A stretch of 62,314 bases of DNA, counting the filler, from Dirinaria sp. TL-2023a (lineage: Eukaryota), in the NCBI GenBank assembly GCA_051941275.1. It is 17 parts of 17 records of this genome, joined end to end, with 100 filler letters (N's around TTAATTAATTAA, not from the genome) between each part and the next. Parts side by side here need not be neighbours in the genome. Positions count along the whole stretch, not along the records: positions 11,081 to 14,664 come from JAVEBF010002011.1; positions 14,765 to 18,346 come from JAVEBF010002012.1; positions 18,447 to 22,027 come from JAVEBF010002013.1; 14 more parts are not named here. One strand, 5' to 3'. A model generated the notes under the pieces. The model was not told where the DNA came from. It worked only from the letters and a program-made list of their open reading frames with translations, and did no database searches. Position numbers and translations under genes: made by a program. Below are positions 12,331-22,127 of this stretch, piece by piece (positions within the stretch are counted from its first letter, which is position 1; each line of letters begins with the position of its first letter).

Positions 12331-13691
12331 AATCTGCTTTCCAAAACTTAGGGAATCGCCCTTTGCGTTTTTGTGGATTTATTTTCTTACGCGTCATCCT
12401 TGCCCTAATTAGCCTGAGAATAGCTTAGATCGCGTATCATGATGAATTTACTCGATACTCAAGTGGCTCACAAACCAGAAAACGCTACTTCAGTCTTTCA
12501 AGAAGCGTGTAAGCTCACGTGACAGTAGTTTTCTGCGTCCAGCGCAAGAAATTACTGTCACGTGAGAGGGGGAAGGATATGACATTGAGAAGGATTACGA
12601 ACCAATTAGATGAGGGTCAGAGGATGCATAGAGCTGTTTAGTGAAAAAGGGGGCATCGCTTCTAACACCGATTCACTGCACAATAATAGGCTGAAATTGA
12701 GCTTGGATGAGATCAAAGAGATAGAACGTGTACACGGCGCCCGCACCGTAGAAGAAGTTCCTCCTTTAGGGTGCTCACACTTGCTTGATAACACAATAAT
12801 TGTATGATAATTTTTTAAAATCACGTTATAACATCACAACACCATGCAATAACCTCGTCAAAATTTGCGCATATAGGCTTCAATATACAAGCAATTAGAT
12901 ACACCCATTTATAGCATAATTCTAGGTGTTCTAGGTGGTGCAATATTAGGATTTGCAAAAAAACGAGCAAAACGGCGGTATTGCTTTAAAGTCAGGGTCC
13001 AGGCGGCCACTAAGCCCAATTGAGTACTAGTTAGTGACTATCATCCTTAGTGACTACCTTACTCAATGAATATTATGACCTGATAAGCAGCATGACAAGC
13101 AGCATGATAACCGTTCACACAACCTCTATGTGAAAATGGTGATGACCTGGGATATCTAGGTGCGAAACACTGCTCAATACACCAAGCAAGCACCATAGCA
13201 TAAGTCGGCAAATCGTAATTGCATGCCTTCCTAACCTCGTGTGCCTTCTTGACCAGGCATGCCTTCTTGACCCCAATAATCTAATAACCATTGCGGCATA
13301 GGCCACCCGGGATAACTTGCTCAAAATGATTCTGAATCTAATGTGATATTAGGCGGTAGCGATCTAGGCTTTCCTCATGCCTAAATCCAACGAGCTCTTC
13401 CTCATCTTCATCTTCATCATACATCGCCGTCGATCTTGATGGCGATGACGATAATAACTGTATTGGGTTAAGAGCCTCGCAACGCCGTTTCATTTCCAAG
13501 TTATCCAAGCGTTTTTCTTCCGCTCTAATAGCAACAGCGTGCGAGACTTGTAACAGAAGCTGCAAAGTTTGACGTTTGAGCTTTAATTCTTGCTCCTTCA
13601 ATGATATACCTCTGCCACCCTTCTTGTTATCCCCATGATAGTAGATCGATATAGGACTATCGTTGAAACGTATACGCTTCACCGAACCCAG

Positions 13692-14549
13692 TCACTCTCT
13701 ACACTTATTGATCAAACGTCGTTGTTGACTATATTCGTCATACAAAGCTTCTCTGACCTGACGACTTTGAATTATTACGCGAGCCTCACTCACAGTGAGA
13801 CGACCGCTAGCATTAACTTGAAAACGACTTCTGTTGCGCTCTTTTCTTGCCGCGATGACGGAGGCCGAAACTTCCAATCTTGCTTCTGCTACACTACCGG
13901 AGTGTATTCTAGCTAACATGCCCTTGAAGAGTCTGATATATATGGCGGTGAGTTCTTGATCGAATGATTTGCGAAGACTGACTTTTATATAGCGATCAAA
14001 GACTTGAAACTCACTAAGAAATTTACCGATGCTTTCTTTTGGTGTTCGTTGCAATATTTCTTCTCTTGAAGGCATTGCAGGTCGTTTCTCAGCACATCTG
14101 GCCTTTTCGATACGTATAACATCTAGTACGATGTCAGGAAAGTATGGCTCCAAATCGATCTTCTTAAACGCCGATTTAATAGTCGCAGATGTAAAGGCTT
14201 GCTGCCGAATTGAGTCATATGCAGCTAAGAGATCGGTCTTGCTATATCGAGCTCCGTTCAAACGAATCGCGACATCAATGCTTTGACGATAATAATGCTT
14301 CAATGGTTGAAAACATCCCACATCTAGCGGTTGACACATGTGTGTGGTATGAGGAACCAATTGAAACGCGATAATTTGAAGCTCGCGACAACGAGCTTCA
14401 ATTTTTTTATGAGCGTGTGAACCATGACCGTCTAATATTAGCATGCACCATTCGCCGACGATAGAAGGTGCATTGTCATTAAAGTGCTCCAACCAACGCA
14501 TACTAATATCATCATTTGAATAACCTGTATCGCTAGTGTCAAATGAGGC
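13692..14549 (-). mobile_element. pogo/Fot1-type (Tc1-mariner superfamily, DDE_1) transposase, C-terminal part
   Basis: TSDTGYSNDDISMRWLEHF, LILDGHGSH, LVPHTTHMCQPLDVGCFQPLKHYY, FT...IKSAFKK are hallmark Fot1/pogo motifs. A basic C-terminal tail continues, broken, to about 13340. Confidence 0.92.
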
Positions 14550-14664
14550 TGTTAGGATTTTTCCTATGCTTTTGGCGTTATGACTTTCGACTTCCTATGG
14601 CTTTGCATCATGCATCTAGCGCATATCGCAACAGGCCCCTTTTCACATGCTCCGGGTCATGGCG
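14550..14664. mobile_element. Probable LTR end inserted into the pogo transposase
   Basis: Transposase homology stops at a TGTTAGG start. The same terminus (as CCTAACA) closes LTR-like segments at about 18167 and 37179. Confidence 0.4.
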
Positions 14665-14764
14665 NNNNNNNNNNNNNNNNNNNNNNNNNNNNNNNNNNNN
14701 NNNNNNNNTTAATTAATTAANNNNNNNNNNNNNNNNNNNNNNNNNNNNNNNNNNNNNNNNNNNN

Positions 14765-15988
14765 AGTAGGTATCAGCGAAGAGGGTTCCTTATCAGACAC
14801 GGACGAGTACTTGCCATCGGACAACGAGTCCGACGAGGCGGAAACTGTAGTCAGTCGTCGGGGGAAGCGGAATGGTAGAGAGACCCGCCTGACCAGGGTT
14901 TTCGACACCATTATAGGATCGAGCTCGAATGACATAGAAACGAGCTTAGATGAGGTAACCAAGGTTTGGAAAGGCAGGGCACCAGAAGAGGCCCAAACGC
15001 TTGACGCATGCGAGTTTCTATCCTCAGCACTGTTGATGCTCCGCGCTCATTGCTATGCTTTCATTAGTGCCGTCAATCATTAAAAAGCCAAAGTGCTCTT
15101 TAGAAAAGACAGACCGGTTTTCAGCGCCGGAGTCGGAGATCAGGCCACGAATGGCCTGTAAAGCCTGCCAAAGCGTCCGAGTGAAATGTGCTCATGCCTT
15201 CAATCCCTGCTAGGTCTGTATAGACACTGATACACCGATCGTGCATTGCATCCACGAATGCAATAACTCAGGATTGCGGGCCGGCGACGTACCTAGTATC
15301 CTCAGTGCCAACGAGAATGTTGTAGTAGTCGTCTTTCGATCGAGCCCCGGCTCGAGAAAGAAGAAAGGTTGGCTGGAACCAATGGAGAAGAACGCCGACC
15401 TGTATGTGAAGAAAGAGGCACCTGAGGGTTTCACATATCAATATCACGTAAGATGGGAGACCACTTCTGCGAGTAAGTTCCTTTGACATCCCTCAACCTC
15501 TTTATGATCATACACTTACGAGGCACGTTTTAGGACACTGTCCGAGCCTCTTGCCACGCCGGTCGGAGGAATTCAACCTTCCATTTATTGATTTGATAAC
15601 GTATCTAGATCAGCTACCAAAGAGTACCACCACGCTTCTGATCTTAGGCTTGGACGGGTTGGGGGTCGAGCTGGACAATTTATTCGATTTTTTCCTCACA
15701 TATATCCATCTTGACATGTCACTAGCAATCTCGAAGGAAGTGGGCCAAGGAGCCCAGAACTTACCATCTCCGTATCACATTTACGCTCGGGAGCAGAAAG
15801 CTTTTGCTACGTTCAACGTCGCCAGAATGGTACAAGTTTGGGTGGGATTTATGGACGATGAAGAGTACAATAATTTAACTCTCAGTTGGGAGCCTTTAAG
15901 AGACTGGAGGAAAGCGCTAAGCGCTGCGTTCTCGGGATTATCTAGTGCGTCAGAGAGAGGGAGGAATAGCAATCCTCGACATATGTGA
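14765..15988 (+). pseudogene. Multi-exon gene remnant with a Zn2Cys6-like cluster broken by a stop
   Basis: 15157-15249 reads CKACQSVRVKCAHAFNPC*VCIDTDTPIVHC (CX2CX6CX6CX2CX9C) with TAG at 15211. It is flanked by an acidic upstream exon and downstream open frames. Confidence 0.55.
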
Positions 15989-16390
15989 CAATGTTCGGTA
16001 GGTGGAAGTTTAATTTGTTGTTTGTAGCTCACAAGATATGTTTACTAGCTATGACTACATCTGCTATATAGCTCGATGATCCATCCAAGATCCAGCCTTT
16101 CCCGCTCCTCTCCCAGTAAGATCGAGGAGATAGATTCGCCCGAAAGAAGCGCTGCAGTCAGCAGCCTTTTCTGATTGCAACGCTAATCATGCTTACCCTG
16201 CTATTTGGATATAGCTCGTTGTCTTTTGATCAAGTAAGTCAAGGCAAAAGTTGAAAGTATGTAATTAGTTAAAAAAACACACACATAAAATTCAAATGCC
16301 ACGGCCCACGGGAATTTATGAAAATCTTATCATTTCTACTGCCGTCTTACGATCCTACTCTACTGCCACACCACCTTCGCCAACCATCCC

Positions 16391-16560
16391 ATTCGGAAAA
16401 GCAAATCACGGTTTCACGAAGTGACGATGGATCAATCCACCATGAAAGTGCCTTCGTCAAAAACGATAAATCGTTCAGTTGTCAAAGGCTCTAACAAAAA
16501 AAGAAAATACCTTAAGCTTTGCAATATCTAATCCTGAAGCATCGAGATGTGAAAGACACG
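16391..16560 (+). repeat. Dispersed ~170-nt non-coding element, copy 1 (copy 2 at 44676-44845)
   Basis: Shares collinear blocks TTTCA.GAAGTGACGATGGA, CACCATGAAAGTG, GTCAAA, an A-run, TTTGCAAT.TCTAAT.CTGAAGCAT and AAGACA with the copy in contig 13. Confidence 0.75.
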
Positions 16561-18112
16561 AAATCTACGTGTTTTTTTTTTGGGTTGCCAAGATGCAACA
16601 AGTATTCTGGAACGACTCAATAGAACCCTCTTCTCTTCGTCTCTCTACAGACTTCTAGCTCGAGTCAATTCGAATGTTTTCAGTGTCTGCTAAAACACTA
16701 CGAGTCAGACCATTGTTGTATACTGCTTTAGTGTCCAGGATAGCTCCTAAGGACGTTCGCGAATCACGTACACCAGAACAATGATTTTTCTCCGATTCAT
16801 CTCCTCCAGTATGCTGAATTATTGGCCGTTGGGCAATTGATGACGCAGGAATATCGAGGTACTGTCTTAAAAAACCTTCCCTGACAGTGATCCAAGCAGT
16901 TGTTCTACCCAGGTATCCTATCGAATGTCTACCTCCTGTCACCATTTTCAGTTCAATTATGATTGTGTATGAGGCGCTGGCTAAAGGCTGCTATACTGCT
17001 TTACGTTGTAGGTTAGTAAAGCAATTTCCAATCTTCAGCTTTTCTTTCGATTGGATTGCGATTGCAGGACTCAGCAGAATTCACCTATTCGCTTAACCTA
17101 TGCCTAGGCAAAAATGGGGCTTGAGTTTTGGCTTGTCCAAGAGCACATCGATTCATATCACTTATTCTCTTCGGTCGCGACATTGATACGAGTTGGCGAT
17201 TTTCCTGATTAGCAAACATTCATCATGCGTAAAGCAGCTTTTGCGTTGAACCTTTTTCTCATGCCCAACGATCTAAACAAAGATGATTGTTGCTGATATG
17301 CGAGGCTATGAAAGACTATGAGAAACGTGAAAGTGGCTGTGGAGTTCACATCATAAGGATTGCCTGAATGCAACAGAAGTCTCGAAAAAAAGTCCTGGGC
17401 GGCAATGCCAAGCTCGATTTACGAATCAAGAGGTTTAACCAGCCGTCGAATACTATTAGAGCTATGAGCTGATAGTCAAACACCCCGGACAAATGCTCCA
17501 ATGCTACTGCAGTATTGCTGGAGTTGGATTGGGAATTGCTGCGTTTGAACCGCATTTCCATCTTGATCCGTGCACTTTATGATTATTTATCAAGTCAAGC
17601 GAAAAGTATCAAGGATTCCAGTGCTTCACAAGGTAGCATAGAAGCTATGTCTGGATAGCTGAGTATTTGTCATGTGAATGTTGACGTCAATAGATTCAGA
17701 TAGATGTGAAGATACGAAAAGGAGCTTCGTGGTTGGGGAAGCAGGATTGAGCTTCATGTCTGTAAATCCCCTACTCTTATACTATTGATACAGTGTGGCT
17801 AATATCTGTTGTAGGAGAGAAGTCACAATCTAGATGCCTCAGAAGCTTTCTCTTAGAAGGTTCGACTACGAAGAATTGTCTTGCAAGGCTCGCTTATTTT
17901 TAGACCTCGTTACGCGGTGGGCTACGACAATGTGCCTCATTTGGCAAAATGAATGACTTAGCATCTGAGAAGTGGTGCGACCTGATAGTGGATAGTAAAA
18001 GCGTCAAGCTAGGAGGGAAAACAAATAGGTCTCCACGAACCCGCCCTTAGGATGAGGAAGAAGCAAAAGAGAAGGGCAAAAATAATAGTGTCAGATTTAG
18101 AAGGTGTTTGTG

Positions 18113-18172
18113 AGGTCAATTGTACCTATGTTTGGCAGTTTGTATGTGTGTGATTAATTGCCTAACATCTAT
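18113..18172. repeat. LTR-like terminus shared with 37131-37184
   Basis: AGGTCAATTG(T/C)ACCTATGT...TAATTGCCTAACATCTAT occurs in both contigs and has a ...CCTAACA end. Confidence 0.55.
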
Positions 18173-18446
18173 AAGAAAAGCGAGGAATTGTGGGTTACTA
18201 TATACCCGATATTACTATTACCCGGAGCCCTGCGATTTACTTATCCGCGGACTGCCATTCTGCGGACTGCCATGTATACTATCCGGGCCACTGCCTATAT
18301 CTATTATTCATTACCTGAGCACTAGCGTTTCCGAGGACTGCCATCTNNNNNNNNNNNNNNNNNNNNNNNNNNNNNNNNNNNNNNNNNNNNTTAATTAATT
18401 AANNNNNNNNNNNNNNNNNNNNNNNNNNNNNNNNNNNNNNNNNNNN

Positions 18447-18593
18447 GTATTTCTCGGCAATCTTGTCGCCTTGCTGGTGCGTTGCCAGGAATCGCACATC
18501 ATGCACTTGCGCCCATCTTTTTTGGGATTTTCGAACGGTTCGTCCGCCTTCTGAGAGTATATGGCGGAGAGCTGGAGCTCGCTGTGATATCAT
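18447..18593 (-). CDS. ATP11: Mitochondrial F1-ATPase assembly chaperone Atp11, 5' fragment
   Basis: Presequence followed by RWAQVHDVRFLATH...KY, characteristic of Pezizomycotina Atp11. Truncated by the contig end. Confidence 0.75.
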
Positions 18594-19022
18594 CTAGGCT
18601 ATAAAATTCTAGCTGACAAGCGCAACGATATGACGCACGCTATGCAATTAGATATATCCTACGGACTCAAATAAACTCAGATGAATATAACCAATGCTGT
18701 GGCAAGATGGCGAGACGTTGAAATGCCCCAAACGGGCAGCTGCTAGCTTGGCGCACTAGCCTCATTCCGGTATGGTGCAACGGTCGGGAATTTGGCTCGC
18801 TTCACGCTTGGTATCCGTACTTGTCTCGGCATTTCTCCGCCTTACCTTATCACTTCCCCTCGTTTCAAGGCGGTTCGAGGGGTTGCATCACCGGACACCG
18901 ACTAAAAGTCCTCTGGTACTACCAGGCTAACTGATGGCTGTTGAGGGTGTAGCTGCTGCAATGCAGGCCTTCGCTCACTCTTGCTCGCCCGTCGGACTTC
19001 TTCGATCTGTAGAATCCGCAGT

Positions 19023-20786
19023 ATGCCTACAGAATCTACATTCCCTCCCATTGACATACCCAATCTCGACCTCTGGGACTTTCTCTTCGAGCGCAAGGAT
19101 CGACCCTTCCCTGACGAAAAAGGCACGACCTCCCATGTGGAAAGACTACTTTTCCATACTAACGTTCTGTGAAGTGATCTATCGCGATGCTGACACCGAT
19201 CGAACCTATACCTACGCTCAGGTCAAGAGCGCCGCAATTGACTTTGGCAAGGGGCTGAAATCTGTCTGGGAATGGCAAAAAGGGGACGTGTTGGCGCTTT
19301 TCACCCCCAATTCCGTAGATACACCTGCTATCGTATGGGGCTGTCATTGGGCCGGCGGCATTGTAACGCCTGCGAACCCAGGATATACGGCAGAAGAGCT
19401 AGCGTATCAGCTCAAAGACGCTGGTGCTAAATCATTACTTACTCAGAAGCCTTTCCTCGATGTTGCGCGGGAAGCTGCTCAGCAAGTGGGCATGCCTGAG
19501 GACCGGATCGCACTCCTGGGCGATGAAAGGGATGAGAGCGGGAAGTTCAAGCATTTCTCGTCGATACGTAATATGGCTGGAACGAGCAGATACAGAAGAA
19601 GCAAGGCTGATCCGGAAAGAGACCTAGCCTTCCTTGTCTACTCATCAGGTACAACTGGCCGACCGAAAGGCGTAATGCTGTCTCATAAGAACATTGTATC
19701 AAATATCGCCATGGTGAAAGCGGGCGAGTCCGAGAATTTGACATGGAACGGTGGGCCAGAAGGGAAAGGCGATAACATTCTGGCGTTCCTTCCCTTTTTC
19801 CACATCTATGGTGCGTCCTTTCTCGTGAGCTGGCGGCTGCTTTGCTAATTGGTGAAGGTCTTACTTGCTTGATGCACTTGAGTTTCTACAACGGCTTGAC
19901 CCTTGTCGTGATGCCAAGATTTGACATCGAGAATTTCTGTGCCACAATACAGAAACACAAGGTCTCCTTTGCCTACGTCGTTCCCCCAGTGGTTTTGCTT
20001 CTCAGCAAACATCCCATAATCGATAAATACGATCTAAGCAGTCTGCGTATGTTGAACTCAGGTGCTGCACCGCTCACACATGAACTCGTGGAAGCTGTCT
20101 ACAAGAGATTGAAGATCCCAATCAAGCAAGGCTATGGGCTCAGCGAGACCAGCCCGACGACTCATACCCAACCATGGCAGGATTGGAACAGGACCATCGG
20201 ATCCGTCGGTTTGCTTCTGCCAAACCAGACGGCGAAATATATGTCACCTGAGGATACCGAAGTCCCAGTAGGGGAGACTGGTGAGCTTTGGATCAAAGGT
20301 CCGAACATCTTCAAAGGCTACCTCAACAATCCTGAGGGGACCAAGAATGCCTTGACGGAGGACGGATACTTCAAGACCGGCGATGTCGGCTATCAAGACA
20401 AAGAGGGCAATTTCTTCATAACTGACCGCGTCAAGGAGCTCATCAAATACAAGGGGTTCCAGGTCCCGCCGGCAGAGCTGGAGGGGCTGTTGCTCAGTCA
20501 TCCTAAGATTAATGATGCTGCCGTGGTGGGTGTGTATAAAAAGGACCAAGCAACCGAGATCCCGCGAGCATACATTGTTCCGGCGCCAGGGGTTCATGGG
20601 GATCAGAGTACCGCAGACGAGATCATCTCATGGCTACAAGCGAAGGTTGCCAATCATAAGCGGTTGAGGGGAGGTGTGCGGTTCGTCGATGAGATACCCA
20701 AGAGTGCCAGTGGGAAGATTTTGAGGAGATTATTGAAGTTACGAGCCCAAGATGAGGAGCAGAAACCACCCAGGGCTAAGCTGTGA
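19023..20786 (+). CDS. Peroxisomal 4-coumarate/phenylacetyl-CoA ligase-like AMP-binding enzyme (3 exons)
   Basis: Motifs YSSGTTGRPKG, QGYGLSETSP, TGDVGY, DRVKELIKYKGFQVPPAELE, PKSASGKILRR and C-terminal PTS1 AKL. Introns at 19123-19174 (GC-AG) and 19811-19857 restore one frame. Confidence 0.95.
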
Positions 20787-21199
20787 TCACTCTTAGCTAT
20801 ATTCAAGGCCAATTGCAGCTGAAGAAGTACCTAGAGCCATATATAGACCTCGATTGCCGGAAAGAAAATGGTTTGATGACACATCTCTTGCCCTCATTTC
20901 GCATCTAGACTATCAGGTATTCTTCGATAGGAAGTAGTGATAGATCTCTCAAGATCCCTTATTTATAAAAATTGAACCTCAAATGCCGTTGTGATTACAA
21001 ATGTTGATAAAGTGGAACCCAGGAGATAGAGAAATGCCATAATACAAAGCCAGCGTCACTACTGCTTAATCATTTGGCAAAAAGGGGCGAGCATGTAGAA
21101 CGCAGGAGAAGATTAAGGGCTGAACCACCGATGTTGATCTCTGAAGAACATCCAAATTAACTCTATATATATGGGAATAAGGAATAGATTCCCAACTAA

Positions 21200-21486
21200 C
21201 ATGTCCAGCAGATTGGTCGAATCGGAAGGATCTTACTCCCCAAAAACGGGTCTACCGAAGGGGGCGTGAGTTCAAGTCCGGGCAACTTCCCCAAAAAACA
21301 AATTGGACGTGTTGAACCCCTTCAGTTCTCGGCCCCGAGTTCGAATCCGCGGAGGGCCCGAAATGGATAGTCTCACATTAGCCCGGTGAGACGCGGTAAC
21401 TGGGGACCTCCTCCGCATCGAGCGACCGAACCCGTCGAGTTCCCCCAAAGACCAGTGGCCGAGGTAAGTAATTCTTTTTGTTTTTT
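21200..21486 (+). ncRNA. Candidate Pol III-transcribed structured RNA of unassigned family
   Basis: TATA at 21164-21171, A-box-like TGGTCGAATCGG at 21214-21225, B-box-like GAGTTCAAGTCC at 21268-21279 and GAGTTCGAATCC at 21337-21348, T5/T6 runs at 21475-21486. Multiple nested helices; a GC-rich island without an ORF. Confidence 0.55.
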
Positions 21487-22127
21487 CAACCTTTGATTCT
21501 TTTCAGTGGGATGTTGTTCGTTCCTTGTTCCACGCCACCTACTGAAAATTCTAATTTACAGCGTCCCCAGGTCTTGCACCAAACCTAAAGCAAGAATCAA
21601 AGACTCTAACCTGTATCATTCATTCGTAGTTCAAATCCTAGGGTAAAGGCTGATGAAAGCAGTATCGGGTCTAGAAAGGGGCTGTTGGTCAATAAACGCG
21701 TCTTCGTAGGAGCAACGCGATCTTCAGATTGTGATTCACTACTTCCAGCTCCACCTTTGCAGACAACGCCCAGGCACAAGACCCAGTAAGCCTTCCAAGA
21801 ACTCATATGAGGTATAGTCGTATATCATAAGTCTAGGTACAGATACAAGCAAATTGTATCCACGAGGCTCGTAACAGTACACGATGAATGGCGGTTCCTA
21901 GATCAGAAGCTTTCAAGAAAGCTGTAGCCGAGTACCCTTCTGTCTTCTCGGACCTACATAAGAGAGAAGTACATCGAGTATGTCATCACCAAGCACCGTT
22001 CTAGAGGCCTTTCGTCCGTGTCCTCTANNNNNNNNNNNNNNNNNNNNNNNNNNNNNNNNNNNNNNNNNNNNTTAATTAATTAANNNNNNNNNNNNNNNNN
22101 NNNNNNNNNNNNNNNNNNNNNNNNNNN

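Noticed and set aside
12440..13040. Terminal inverted repeat of the pogo element (TACTCGATACTCAAGTGG at ~12450; CCCAATTGAGTA at ~13015)
   Set aside because: The other end of the element is not in the contig, so no pair or TA duplication can be verified.
16421..16450. Hammerhead ribozyme core (GTGACGA...stem...GAAA)
   Set aside because: C3 is G, there is an extra nucleotide before GAAA, and stems I/III with a NUH site could not be built.
21205..21350. tRNA gene suggested by A- and B-box motifs
   Set aside because: The TTCRA loops lack a 5-bp T-stem, and no acceptor stem or cloverleaf forms.
21280..21472. U1 snRNA on the minus strand (ACTTACCTCGG start, closing helix, AATTTGTTTTTTG)
   Set aside because: No GATCACGAAG-type U1-70K loop, no ATTGCAC loop, and the U-rich tract does not directly follow the closing helix. 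ACTTACC is equally explained as the complement of a plus-strand 5' splice site. A divergent U1 variant is not fully excluded.
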